Source: a virus (taxonomy: Duplodnaviria; Caudoviricetes). Taken from it: a DNA stretch of 64,000 nucleotides. The notes below the pieces were generated by a model. It made no database searches. It was not told where the DNA came from and worked only from the letters and a program-made list of their open reading frames with translations. Location: positions 64,001 to 128,000 of the IMG/VR virus record IMGVR_UViG_3300002895_000002, one strand, 5' to 3'. Both the position numbers and the translations under genes were made by a program. Shown here piece after piece: positions 1 to 9,205 of this stretch. Numbering within the stretch: the stretch's first letter is position 1; every line of letters starts with the position of its first letter.

Positions 1-367
1 CTCCATCCGTACTGTTTGTCAATGGACCACCATTGATCGTTCTACCAATCAAAGAAATAAGAAACGGTTCGTAGCAATACAGAGCAGTAAACTCAACCAG
101 GTTGGAAGATGTTTTTATAATATAATCTCTTATATCAAAATGCTGCATTATAGCCCGAATGGTGTTGTTTTTATGTTTATTCGTACATCTCTCCATGCTT
201 TTCTTCTGCAAGTGATATCTCCATCTATCACCAGTACCCTTACCAACATAGAAAGGTTCATAGAAGAAGGTAACGAAATTTCCGTAGGTATATCTTCCGG
301 GCTTCCGAGGGTCAAGATAGATGTAGACATAATACTTGGGTTCGTGGGAGAACTTTGCTGTTTTCAC
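1..367 (-). CDS. GIY-YIG (LEM-3-like) homing endonuclease, N-terminal part (runs off window)
   Basis: Manual translation from GTG at 367 is open to position 1: VKTAKFSHEPKYYVYIYLDPRKPG...EPFYVGKGTGDR...LISLIGR...GPLTNSTDG. SD GAGGTG upstream. Not in the ORF track. Confidence 0.85.
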   Translation of the reverse strand, partial: MKTAKFSHEPKYYVYIYLDPRKPGRYTYGNFVTFFYEPFYVGKGTGDRWRYHLQKKSMERCTNKHKNNTIRAIMQHFDIRDYIIKTSSNLVEFTALYCYEPFLISLIGRTINGGPLTNSTDG

Positions 368-379
368 GATTTCACCTCT

Positions 380-469
380 ATAAATAGATGTGACGGGGAC
401 AGTGGAGTTTCACCTCCTCCATTGGTTGTCAGTGCCACCTGCAACCTTACCCGTTCCATCCTTATTTAT
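380..469 (+). ncRNA. HEG-associated structured element, copy E0
   Basis: ATAAATA..GGGA CAGTGGAG[tttcacctc]CTCCATTG GTTG t CAG[tgccac]CTG CAAC CTTACC..TATTTAT; same architecture as four other copies. Confidence 0.7.
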
Positions 470-501
470 CAAATCCTAAGAAAATCAATGGAAATAAACC
501 A

Positions 502-681
502 ATGAATAAAGAAATGAAGATCAGATGTCAGGTTTGTGGTGAATGGATTCCAGTTCGGTACATTCATAACCACGTGGATTGGCAACACCAGGCCAACACC
601 GAATACCATAGTTACATTATGGGATTAACAGTCGAAGAGATATTAGAAAATTCAAAGAATAATTTCCAGCTCAGAATTTGA
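502..681 (+). CDS. small C2H2-like zinc-finger protein (59 aa)
   Basis: Manual translation MNKEMKIRCQVCGEWIPVRYIHNHVDWQH...; CxxC..HxxxxH spacing. Confidence 0.5.
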   Translation: MNKEMKIRCQVCGEWIPVRYIHNHVDWQHQANTEYHSYIMGLTVEEILENSKNNFQLRI

Positions 682-706
682 CAGATCCCTCTCTTCATGT
701 TACCAT
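678..706 (+). promoter_or_regulatory. sigma70-type (early) promoter upstream of folE
   Basis: TTGACA(678-683)-17 nt-TACCAT(701-706) with TGn extended -10. Confidence 0.65.
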
Positions 707-745
707 ACTTTTACATTGAACATGTGAACAAGAAAGGAACCACCA

Positions 746-1423
746 ATGGCATTTGATCCATCAAAACTCGACAAAACACTCGGCAATCAAATTCACGAAC
801 ATCTGAAGACACTCGGGATTGAAACTCCCACGACAGATCTGCTTTTGCTGGATGATGAACAGAAGATCCAGACCATTATGCCACACGTCCAAGCAATTCT
901 CGAGACTCTCGGTCTTGACCTGACCGATGACAGTCTTCAGGACACTCCGAAGCGGGTTGCGAAGATGTGGGTTCGAGAAAAGTTCTGGGGTCTGTGTCCG
1001 GGCAAGTTCCCGAAGATGATGACTATCGAGAACAAGATGAAATACCAACAGATGGTCTGTGAGAAAAACATTCGGGTCCTGTCCGACTGTGAACACCACC
1101 TGGCTCAGATCGATGGTTTCGCTCACGTCGCGTATATCTCCAACGGCAAGATTCTCGGTCTGTCCAAGCTCAACCGGATCGTTCAGTATTTCTCGGCAAG
1201 ACCCCAGGTCCAAGAGAGGATTGGCGAGCAGATCGGTGAGGCTCTCAAGTTCATCCTGGGCACAGAAGACGTCGCTGTATGCATCGAAGCTTCTCATTAC
1301 TGCGTGATTGCTCGTGGTGCAAGGGACTACGAATCTTCGACCACCACATCGTTCCTTTCCGGCGTATTCAGGGATGATCCCATGGTCCGGTCGGAGTTCT
1401 ACTCCATGGTCAACGGAAAATAA
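746..1423 (+). CDS. folE: GTP cyclohydrolase I
   Basis: DDSLQDTPKRVAKM, CEHH, GLSKLNRIVQYFSARPQVQER and H.C...RG motifs. Confidence 0.97.
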   Translation: MAFDPSKLDKTLGNQIHEHLKTLGIETPTTDLLLLDDEQKIQTIMPHVQAILETLGLDLTDDSLQDTPKRVAKMWVREKFWGLCPGKFPKMMTIENKMKYQQMVCEKNIRVLSDCEHHLAQIDGFAHVAYISNGKILGLSKLNRIVQYFSARPQVQERIGEQIGEALKFILGTEDVAVCIEASHYCVIARGARDYESSTTTSFLSGVFRDDPMVRSEFYSMVNGK

Positions 1424-1433
1424 AACCGGTATA

Positions 1434-1480
1434 AATGAGAGGTGGGTGAATTTGACATCCACCTCTCATTCTGTTACTAT
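1434..1480 (+). promoter_or_regulatory. sigma70-type promoter inside a 12-bp inverted repeat
   Basis: TTGACA(1452-1457)-17 nt-TACTAT(1475-1480); IR AATGAGAGGTGG(1434-1445)/CCACCTCTCATT(1459-1470). Confidence 0.7.
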
Positions 1481-1507
1481 AAGGTATCAAACAAAGGAAG
1501 GAACCAA

Positions 1508-2767
1508 ATGGCCAATCATCTTGAGTATGTTCTGTCTGGTGTAGGGTTTACTCGCCTCGTGGCAAAACCCCTCCAGGAAAGTGCCGAAGGTGTTGCATGG
1601 GTCAACGATATGTTCACCTCCATGCAAAGTGTCGGTGCTACCCACGGATTTTCCCTTCTGTACAACGCATGGATCGAGCATAGCTTTGGTGAGATTTTCA
1701 AGCTGTTCCGACCTGGGCTTGAAAACGTGTATGCTGACTCGGGTGGTCTTCAGATCGTTACCCAGGGTAAGGCGATCACTGAGGATATGAAGGAGAAGGT
1801 CTACTTCAACCAGGCAAACGGATCTACTAAGGCCATGTGTTTTGATGAGATCCCGGTAACAATCCTGGGTGACAAATCAACCCGGCTGGATCTCGGGTCT
1901 CGTTTCTTTGATGAGACCAAATTCATGGACTGTGCGATCCTTACCGGCAAGAATATTGCCCGGCAGATTGAGATCTTCCTGGATGAGAAAACCAAGTCCC
2001 AACCGATCCTAATCACCCAAGGTAACTGTCTCGAGACCTACATGCAGTGGACTGATCTCGTTCTCCAACAGATCCCAACGAGCCACCACAAGTATATCGG
2101 TGGTATTGCTATGGGGGCGGCGGCTCTCGGCCATGGTCAGCTCGAAGATATCAAACGGGCGTTTTATTTTACCCAGCTCCCGTTTGAGGCAGCTCATAAT
2201 CACGTTCACATCCTGGCTCTCGGATCAGTAACCAGAATCCTTCCTTACCTCATCTTCATGCAAAACGGGGTGTTTCAGGATCTGCACCTGTCATACGACT
2301 CCACCACCCACAGCTCAGGGATTCACATGGGTCGGTATTACAGCCGAAAGGGTGCAAATCTTGAGTTTGGACGGAAGATGGGCCCTGAGTGGGCTGAGAT
2401 CTACGAAGATGTTTGTGCATTGGCTGATGTCGGTCTCGACTTTGAGGAGTTTGTTCGAGTTATTAATATGCCGGCAACCGCGTACGAGAAAGAAACCGGT
2501 GATAGAGTTCCTGCGGTGAAAGCTCTTGCTGCGATGTGTTGTGCATCAGTAAAAAACTTCATTCAGCACGTGGAAAGATGTGTACAATCAAGGAAAGATG
2601 TGTTAAAATTAGCAGACAGTCGGAAGAGCTACCTGGCGTTCAAGCATTTGCATGAGGTCAAGACCCTGCAGGACTTCGTACATTGGGAGACCCAGCTTGG
2701 ACGGTTCCTTCACTCTGTCCCTGTTCAAAGCTCAAGGCCGGCAACACTCGAAAATTTCTTTGAATAA
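1508..2767 (+). CDS. tRNA-guanine transglycosylase-fold protein (DpdA-like deazaguanine DNA transglycosylase candidate)
   Basis: TGT-like DSGGLQ, FDEIP, ITQGN, GGIAMG, HILALG, SYDS motifs in order; next to folE and a QueD-like gene; start at ATG 1508 after AAGGAAGG. Confidence 0.7.
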   Translation: MANHLEYVLSGVGFTRLVAKPLQESAEGVAWVNDMFTSMQSVGATHGFSLLYNAWIEHSFGEIFKLFRPGLENVYADSGGLQIVTQGKAITEDMKEKVYFNQANGSTKAMCFDEIPVTILGDKSTRLDLGSRFFDETKFMDCAILTGKNIARQIEIFLDEKTKSQPILITQGNCLETYMQWTDLVLQQIPTSHHKYIGGIAMGAAALGHGQLEDIKRAFYFTQLPFEAAHNHVHILALGSVTRILPYLIFMQNGVFQDLHLSYDSTTHSSGIHMGRYYSRKGANLEFGRKMGPEWAEIYEDVCALADVGLDFEEFVRVINMPATAYEKETGDRVPAVKALAAMCCASVKNFIQHVERCVQSRKDVLKLADSRKSYLAFKHLHEVKTLQDFVHWETQLGRFLHSVPVQSSRPATLENFFE

Positions 2768-2780
2768 GGAGAACGAACGA

Positions 2781-3143
2781 ATGATCAAAAGGTACATTGA
2801 AGTTCAGATTGTTAAGGAAGGGTGTCACCGTTATCCAGCAGCAGAAACAGATCCAAAACTGGCTGACGTTGATTATCTAGCAAACAGACATTTTCACTAT
2901 TTCTACATCACGGTCAAGATTGAAGTATTTCATAATGATCGGTGTCTTGAATTTCAACAATTTCGTCGATATCTCGAGAAACTCTATAATCAAGGAATTC
3001 TCGAGATAGATTTCAAGTCATGTGAAATGCTCGCCGAAGACCTCATCGGAACTTTGAGCCGAACATATCCAGACCGGGATATGTCAATTCGAGTGTTTGA
3101 AGATAATATCAACGGTGCTGAATTAGTGTATACTGTTGACTAG
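2781..3143 (+). CDS. QueD-like (6-pyruvoyl/6-carboxy-tetrahydropterin synthase-like) protein
   Basis: EGCHRYP, RHFHYF, EF..F, SCEMLAEDL and VFEDNING motifs; T-fold size; RBS AAGGAG. Confidence 0.7.
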   Translation: MIKRYIEVQIVKEGCHRYPAAETDPKLADVDYLANRHFHYFYITVKIEVFHNDRCLEFQQFRRYLEKLYNQGILEIDFKSCEMLAEDLIGTLSRTYPDRDMSIRVFEDNINGAELVYTVD

Positions 3144-3917
3144 GATTGAACTGACAGTTTCTGGGTTATTGTATATTTCAGATTCTTTGAATCGAATGAC
3201 ACGATAACCCAGACTGTCAGCAATCAATTCACATTCATTATCGCGTTTTATTGTTTCTGGTTTTGAATGCCAATAATCACCATCTACTTCAACTAGGATG
3301 TTTGTATTTTTGATCAAAAAATCATAACAGTGGCGCCAATTTGAATTTTTGGTCTTTTTGAATTGGATAAGAAATTGTTGCTCATATTCTATTCCAAGAG
3401 ATGACATGATCTCAATCATTTTCCTCTCTGGTTTAGTATTGGAACCCAAACGACCGGATTTGATTAGAGAAATAACATTTCTCGACGTTGCATCTTTGTG
3501 TTTTTCCGTTCTGGTATATCGCCCAATTCTAGAATTATCACGAACAGCAGCAGATCTCTTCATTTTTTCTTTTGCATCTTCAGAATGGGTCTTTCCAAAC
3601 ATGGGATTATTTTCACCAATCGTTTTGCCCTTCTTTGCATTGGAAATATTCTCATTTCTATTCTTTACCCATTCTGGATCTTTTGATTTTTCATCTATTG
3701 ATTTTCTTGCACGTTCAGCCATTCTTTTTGCATGGCTGGATCTTTCTTCCGGGGTTGTTCTCGCTTCTCTTGATTCTTTTTGTCTTCTAATTATTTCGGG
3801 GCATTTGGTTATTGATTTTTGACATCGCTTTGTTTTTGTGTTATAACTGATGTATAGAGCAGGAAGACCACAATATGCACAGACGTCTTGTTCGGTTGGG
3901 TTCTCAATCAATGGCAT
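3123..3917 (-). CDS. homing endonuclease: NUMOD3 plus C-terminal DUF559/Vsr-like PD-(D/E)XK domain
   Basis: GENNPMFGKTHSEDAKEKM, NTKPERKM, YDFLI..LVEVDGDYWH..RD; AT-rich; converges on the QueD-like gene. Confidence 0.8.
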   Translation of the reverse strand: MPLIENPTEQDVCAYCGLPALYISYNTKTKRCQKSITKCPEIIRRQKESREARTTPEERSSHAKRMAERARKSIDEKSKDPEWVKNRNENISNAKKGKTIGENNPMFGKTHSEDAKEKMKRSAAVRDNSRIGRYTRTEKHKDATSRNVISLIKSGRLGSNTKPERKMIEIMSSLGIEYEQQFLIQFKKTKNSNWRHCYDFLIKNTNILVEVDGDYWHSKPETIKRDNECELIADSLGYRVIRFKESEIYNNPETVSSILVNSIH

Positions 3918-3980
3918 GGTAAATACTCCAGACATAAATTCATTCTATCCATCATTATTTATCAAGAAAGGCAAGAAATA

Positions 3981-5036
3981 ATGAAAAAACAGCTCTTTAT
4001 CTTCTCTCTGGAGCCATTGGAGTCCCGCTACACCAAGCAATGGTTCACTCATTTGCCGAAAGTGTTTGGCGAGAAGCTTCCTGAGTTTGAAATCATTCAG
4101 CTCAACGGAACAACGACGTCAGGAAAGCCCACGGAGGGTGCTTTCCTTGACTTCGCTGCAACCAACCTGTGGAAGAACGAGCAAATGAACCTCTTCTTTC
4201 AACGGCTGGGAGCAGGTCAGATTGATGACAATGCTGTGATCCTGTTCACTGACGCATGGAACCCGACTATCCTTGAGGTCAAGTACACCAAGGATCTACT
4301 CAAGAAGAATTGGAAGTTGGTTTCGATCTGGCACGCAGGGTCCTACATAGATGAAGACCCACTCGGTCAGCTCATTCAGGACAAGAGATGGTCCTTGGCT
4401 GCCGAGCGTTCGTTCTACGAGGCATGTGATGTCAACCTGTTCGCCAGCGTTGATCACATTCGCCGGTTTGTTCATGTTATGCCGGGTATCAATGTCAAGA
4501 AGGCACACCGGACAGGATTTCCGATGGAATATATCAGTGAGATTGAACTTCCAAAGGTTCCAAAGAAGAATCAGATTCTGTTTGGTGCTCGACTCAGTCC
4601 TGAGAAGCAACCGGATATTTTCGACGCTCTGTCTGTCCTGCTCCCTGAGTACGAGTTTGTTGCTCCCTTGAGGGATCCCAACCCAACGAAAGAAAAGTAT
4701 CACCTGGCTCTGGCGGAATCAAAGGTCGCTGTTTGGTTCTCAACTCTCGAGACCCTTGGCATAGGTCAGCATGAGGCTCTCCACGCTGGGGCGATACCGC
4801 TAGTTCCTTCCCGGTTGTGTTATCCAGAGCAGTATCCGATCAACTCACCGTTCATCTACCCAGGGGAATGGGCTCAGAATCTTGCTACATCCAATTTACC
4901 TGCGTTGGCTAAGAAGATCAAAGACCTGGTTGAGAATCACGAGAGCTACCATGAAGAAATGGCAAGTGCATATCACTTCCAGCGTGAGAATTTCTTTGGC
5001 TGTGACATTATGTGTAATATCATAAGGGGACTCTAA
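3981..5036 (+). CDS. glycosyltransferase (GT-B-like)
   Basis: LEPLESRYTKQW N-terminus; C-terminal RLSPEKQP..STLETLGIGQHEALHAGAIPLVP resembles the GT-B nucleotide-sugar motif. Confidence 0.7.
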   Translation: MKKQLFIFSLEPLESRYTKQWFTHLPKVFGEKLPEFEIIQLNGTTTSGKPTEGAFLDFAATNLWKNEQMNLFFQRLGAGQIDDNAVILFTDAWNPTILEVKYTKDLLKKNWKLVSIWHAGSYIDEDPLGQLIQDKRWSLAAERSFYEACDVNLFASVDHIRRFVHVMPGINVKKAHRTGFPMEYISEIELPKVPKKNQILFGARLSPEKQPDIFDALSVLLPEYEFVAPLRDPNPTKEKYHLALAESKVAVWFSTLETLGIGQHEALHAGAIPLVPSRLCYPEQYPINSPFIYPGEWAQNLATSNLPALAKKIKDLVENHESYHEEMASAYHFQRENFFGCDIMCNIIRGL

Positions 5037-5566
5037 TGAAGAGAGACTATTCGGACGGCAACACAAACAAAGCAGTTAAATTCTTTGTAGGTAATGAGAT
5101 TGAAAAGACCTCAGCCTATGGAAAGAAGACTCTGTTTGTCGTAATCGACGAAGGCCTTACCAAAGAAGAAGTTGTTGATCAGCTTGTCAACGATGTATCC
5201 ATTGAGCATGTGTATCTCGGAGCAAACAAGTCCAACGAAAACAAATTCAGAGAGGCGTTGCTTGAAAGGATAATCAGGTCAATTCTTATCCTTGATCACC
5301 GACCCATCCACGTCACCATCGATGTCCCATACGAGAAATATGCGAATGTTACTCGGTGGGATCCGGAACTGATGCTTCATAATCGGGTTCATGTGAACTT
5401 GTCTGTTCCTGTTGATAACATCAAGAGGATTAAAAATCTCACAATTAAGATAGACGATATCGGATTCAATATCACCAACGATGGGGTCTGGTGTTTCGAG
5501 CTTGACAAACATCCCGAGTGCAAAACTACATGGGACGAATACAAAGATGACAAGATCATCGAATAG
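5036..5566 (+). CDS. hypothetical protein of the deazaguanine cluster
   Basis: TAATG translational coupling to the glycosyltransferase; 176 aa ORF. Confidence 0.75.
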   Translation: MKRDYSDGNTNKAVKFFVGNEIEKTSAYGKKTLFVVIDEGLTKEEVVDQLVNDVSIEHVYLGANKSNENKFREALLERIIRSILILDHRPIHVTIDVPYEKYANVTRWDPELMLHNRVHVNLSVPVDNIKRIKNLTIKIDDIGFNITNDGVWCFELDKHPECKTTWDEYKDDKIIE

Positions 5567-5576
5567 AGGAATCAAT

Positions 5577-6116
5577 ATGATACGATCTGGACTTATCATC
5601 TTCGCACTCATCATCATGAGCATTCTCGGTGTTCATGCCTCTGCGTATGGCGTCGAGTTACTCGTGGAGAACATCAAGGTTTCTGACGGTGACACGTTCA
5701 AAGGGATGTACTACCAACTCCCAATGACTGTCCGTCTAAAGGGCATCGACACTTTCGAGAGTCGACTCGGAGCACGCCTAAACACCCAGATGAACCGGTT
5801 TGGCTTCACTGACCAGTATGAGGCTAAGGCGGTCGGTGTGGCTGCTCGTGAACGACTGAAGCAGATCATGGCCAGCACCCGAGCATGCGTGGTGATTGAT
5901 GAGAATGACCCTACCGACAGCTACGGTCGGTTTGTCGGAAAGGCTCGTCCTGGCACGTGCGGCATTCAGTCGGTCTATGCCATGGACACACTCGTCCGGG
6001 AAGGACTGGCATACGTGGACTACCGCGGCACCACTGATGTGTACTATGCTGATTTGAAGTTGATCGAGGCTCAAGCCAAGGCAGCCAAGCTGGGCATCTG
6101 GAAATACACCAAGTAA
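5577..6116 (+). CDS. thermonuclease (SNase-like) with N-terminal signal/membrane segment
   Basis: VSDGDTF, VRLKGIDTFE, DSYGRFVG, LVREGLA and AKAAKLGIW motifs; hydrophobic N-terminus. Confidence 0.9.
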   Translation: MIRSGLIIFALIIMSILGVHASAYGVELLVENIKVSDGDTFKGMYYQLPMTVRLKGIDTFESRLGARLNTQMNRFGFTDQYEAKAVGVAARERLKQIMASTRACVVIDENDPTDSYGRFVGKARPGTCGIQSVYAMDTLVREGLAYVDYRGTTDVYYADLKLIEAQAKAAKLGIWKYTK

Positions 6117-6138
6117 TTACGATGAAAGGAAAGAACGA

Positions 6139-6840
6139 ATGAGCAATCTGAAGGTCGTACTTTTGCAGCACACCCCTGAGCCTGAGCGGACATGTGCTCT
6201 CGCGGCTCGGCTCTGCTACTCTCCGGTTGGCATCGAGCAGCTCCAGGAGAAGATGAGCGACAAGGACTGTCGTACGCTGTTGGAGAAGATCATGTCCATC
6301 GGGCACTTCTCGGTGCTGGAGCACGCCTCCTTCACCTTTGGCATCGAGGGGATCAGCCGAGCCTTGAGCCATCAGTTGGTCCGGCACCGTCTGGCATCAT
6401 ACTCCCAGCAGTCCCAGCGGTATGTGAAGTTCAGCGGTGGTATCCCGGCGGTTATCCCGGAGAGCATCAGGGCAAACGAGGATGCCATGAATCTCTTCGA
6501 GTGGGTCATGGAGACATGCGAGCAGGCTTACAACGAGCTGATAGAGCATGGGATACCGGCTGAGGATGCCCGCTTCGTGGTACCGAATGCTGCCGAGACG
6601 AAGATCATCATGACCATGAACGCCCGGGAGCTGCTCCACTTCTTCGGTCACCGCTGCTGCAACAGAGCACAGTGGGAGATCCGGAAGATGGCCGACGAGA
6701 TGCTCAGGCTCTGCTACCAGGTGGCGCCGATCATCTTCGAAAAGGGCGGACCGAGCTGCGTCTCTGAAGGTGTATGCCATGAGGGCAAGATGTGCTGCGG
6801 CACGGTCAGGACCAAAGAGGAACTGCTTTACGGAGTCTGA
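6139..6840 (+). CDS. thyX: FAD-dependent thymidylate synthase
   Basis: GHFSVLEHASFTF, RHRLASYSQQSQRY, EDARFVVP, MNAREL..FF..RCC.RAQWEIR. Confidence 0.98.
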   Translation: MSNLKVVLLQHTPEPERTCALAARLCYSPVGIEQLQEKMSDKDCRTLLEKIMSIGHFSVLEHASFTFGIEGISRALSHQLVRHRLASYSQQSQRYVKFSGGIPAVIPESIRANEDAMNLFEWVMETCEQAYNELIEHGIPAEDARFVVPNAAETKIIMTMNARELLHFFGHRCCNRAQWEIRKMADEMLRLCYQVAPIIFEKGGPSCVSEGVCHEGKMCCGTVRTKEELLYGV

Positions 6841-6860
6841 GGAATGACATTTCGTCCATG

Positions 6861-6902
6861 ATAAATAAAGGTGCTTGGGACATAAACCCAAGCACCTTTA
6901 TT
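6861..6902 (+). promoter_or_regulatory. late promoter motif overlapping a 16-bp hairpin
   Basis: ATAAATA 6861-6867; IR AATAAAGGTGCTTGGG(6864-6879)/CCCAAGCACCTTTATT(6887-6902). Confidence 0.6.
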
Positions 6903-6919
6903 CTTATTTGAGGATAATC

Positions 6920-7378
6920 ATGGACAAATTTATTGGAATACTCGAAGAACAAATTATGATCGATCTTATTAATGAAGAAAGATCACAAACTCAAAAGGAT
7001 GCGATGGAACGAGACTATAAAGCTCTCAAAAGTATTCATCGAATCACCGGAAAATTTATTCCTCTTTCAAAAATGGATGGATTGAGATACTCTGTAAATA
7101 ACAAAGGTCAGCATTTCCATCTTATACATGATAGTATTGGTGTTGATCACAAAGTCAGTTTTGATGACGTCAACCATCATGCTGGAATTGGAACACATGA
7201 ATTTGCAGATTTCCTTAATAGACACGGTGCAAGACAAGTAGATTACAATGGGAAAGATATCCCAGATCATCTCAAGTTTGCTCCATCCAGAGTTGCCTCA
7301 TCGTCAAATAATCAAAATGGATCAAAATCATGGAAACAGGTTGGTCCTAACGGATTTTGGAAACTCGTCGACGCCTAG
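6920..7378 (+). CDS. hypothetical protein, candidate head-internal protein
   Basis: MDKFIGILEE N-terminus; late promoter and RBS upstream. Confidence 0.65.
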   Translation: MDKFIGILEEQIMIDLINEERSQTQKDAMERDYKALKSIHRITGKFIPLSKMDGLRYSVNNKGQHFHLIHDSIGVDHKVSFDDVNHHAGIGTHEFADFLNRHGARQVDYNGKDIPDHLKFAPSRVASSSNNQNGSKSWKQVGPNGFWKLVDA

Positions 7379-7387
7379 GAGAATAAT

Positions 7388-9181
7388 GTGAAACGCTTTC
7401 TTCAATATCTAACAGAAGCTCCCCTCAGCCCCAAGCATAAAAAAGAATTGCACCTTATGATGGGGAAAGAATACCCAGAACCAACCAAGGATGATCGGAT
7501 CGAGATTCCTTTACACTCAGGACCTGATGTTACTCCACATCCCGATGTACAATCCCACCTGGAGAAGCACGGTTATCAGATCAAGGATTACAAGGCTGGT
7601 ATTGCCTACCACCCCGAGAAGAAGCAGGAAATCAAAATCGGTAAAGCTCTGGAGAAAACCAAAGCTGAAGGATCGGTTGTTGCTGCGTTCAGAGATGACC
7701 CAAGGCGTGCTCTGTCAAAGAAGGCTGATAGTGATCTGAAGGTTGTTATCACCAAACATCCCCACGATATCGCCAACAAGAGCACCAACCAACACTGGAC
7801 TAGCTGCATGGATATGGATGGTGGGTCAAATCGTCATTATATTCCAGCTGATATTCGTGCTGGTGCTCATGAGGCATATCTGGTTCACAAAGATGATCAC
7901 AATCTCGAGAACCCACTTGGTCGCATCTCACTCAAGCCGTTCCACTCATACGATATCGAACATGGAGACCACACCATCCTCCGCCCTGAGGGTAAAACGT
8001 ATGGTGCCGGTCATGCTGCGTTTCATAAGACAGTTCAGGATTGGGCTGAGAAGACACACCCAGCACATCCCGAACGAGTCTATACCAAAGACGAAGATCT
8101 GTACAATGATGATGACCGTCATAAGATTTACGGATCGAAAGTGATGGATCGCTTCTCTAAATCAGAAGACTTTGATCAACGCAGTTACGCAGCACAACAT
8201 GGTGAAGCTCATCATATCGACAACATAATCAAAACGATGGGAAATCATCCGTATAGCTATGGAATAACGAAAGCAATCGCCCAAAACCCACATGCGACTC
8301 CGGAACACCTTCGGACTCTCGCACACCATGAGCGGGCTTCAGCTACTTTGATGGGTCATGTTGTTAATCATCCAAACGCTCCCGATGATGTGATCGATCA
8401 TGCAATTGACCGATTTGATACTCATGCAATAGAGTTTGCTAAGAGTCCAAATCTGAAACCGGCTCACATTGATAAGCTGTTAGCGAAGGGAAGTGGAAAC
8501 GTTGCTCGGGTTCTTGGCTCTCACCACAACCCGCAACCACATCACTTCGACGCGTTGGCGAATCACGAACATTGGACCGTCCGGCAAGCTGTTGCTGAGA
8601 ACCCAAGGCTCCCCGTTCATCACCAAGAGAAACTGGCTGAGGATGAGGATAGTGACATCAGGGAGAGCCTGACAAAGAACCCGAATCTGAAACATCACGT
8701 CATAAGCAAACTGATTCAGGATCCCGTCAACTCGGTTATCCAACATGTTGCTGAACATGCTAAGGTCAATGATGATCACGTCAAGGAGCTTGCAAAGCAT
8801 CCGAATAACGGGGTCCGATTCAATCTTGTAAACAACCCACACCTCAAGTCTCATCATCTGGATCATATTATCGATCACAGTGATGATGAGACGGTTCATA
8901 ATCTGGTTCTAGAGAATCCTCTTGTCACTAAAGATCACATCCATAAGATGATCAAGAAGGGCAAGGTATTTGGCGGCAGAGTCATTGAGCATCCTTTGAC
9001 TGATGAAAGTCACATGGAAGCAATGGCAAAATCACCAATTGAGGATATGCGGTTCACTGTTGCTCGGCACAGAAACGCACCAGAGCATGTTCTCAAGCAT
9101 TTGTCTAATGATTCTGATGAAATGATCCGCAGTAGAGCACAGAGACAGCTCAGACTACGTTTCGACCACGATACTGAATAA
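7388..9181 (+). CDS. His-rich protein with C-terminal LRV/HEAT-like repeats, candidate head-internal protein
   Basis: GTG start, KRFLQYLTEA; repeats such as VRQAVAENPRLP, IRESLTKNPNL, VRFNLVNNPHL, MRFTVARHRNAP. Confidence 0.75.
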   Translation: MKRFLQYLTEAPLSPKHKKELHLMMGKEYPEPTKDDRIEIPLHSGPDVTPHPDVQSHLEKHGYQIKDYKAGIAYHPEKKQEIKIGKALEKTKAEGSVVAAFRDDPRRALSKKADSDLKVVITKHPHDIANKSTNQHWTSCMDMDGGSNRHYIPADIRAGAHEAYLVHKDDHNLENPLGRISLKPFHSYDIEHGDHTILRPEGKTYGAGHAAFHKTVQDWAEKTHPAHPERVYTKDEDLYNDDDRHKIYGSKVMDRFSKSEDFDQRSYAAQHGEAHHIDNIIKTMGNHPYSYGITKAIAQNPHATPEHLRTLAHHERASATLMGHVVNHPNAPDDVIDHAIDRFDTHAIEFAKSPNLKPAHIDKLLAKGSGNVARVLGSHHNPQPHHFDALANHEHWTVRQAVAENPRLPVHHQEKLAEDEDSDIRESLTKNPNLKHHVISKLIQDPVNSVIQHVAEHAKVNDDHVKELAKHPNNGVRFNLVNNPHLKSHHLDHIIDHSDDETVHNLVLENPLVTKDHIHKMIKKGKVFGGRVIEHPLTDESHMEAMAKSPIEDMRFTVARHRNAPEHVLKHLSNDSDEMIRSRAQRQLRLRFDHDTE

Positions 9182-9205
9182 TCTGAGAGGAATAAATAAT
9201 ACAAG

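Noticed and set aside
380-469. Element as a known riboswitch or ribozyme (c-di-GMP, preQ1, hammerhead, twister, HDV-like) or group I intron piece
   Set aside because: Their conserved cores are not present, the flanking genes are not interrupted, and the location tracks HEGs rather than metabolic genes. An Rfam search is still needed.
140-505. 121-aa + strand ORF in the track
   Set aside because: Antisense shadow of the minus-strand GIY-YIG gene that also runs through element E0; no RBS or motifs.
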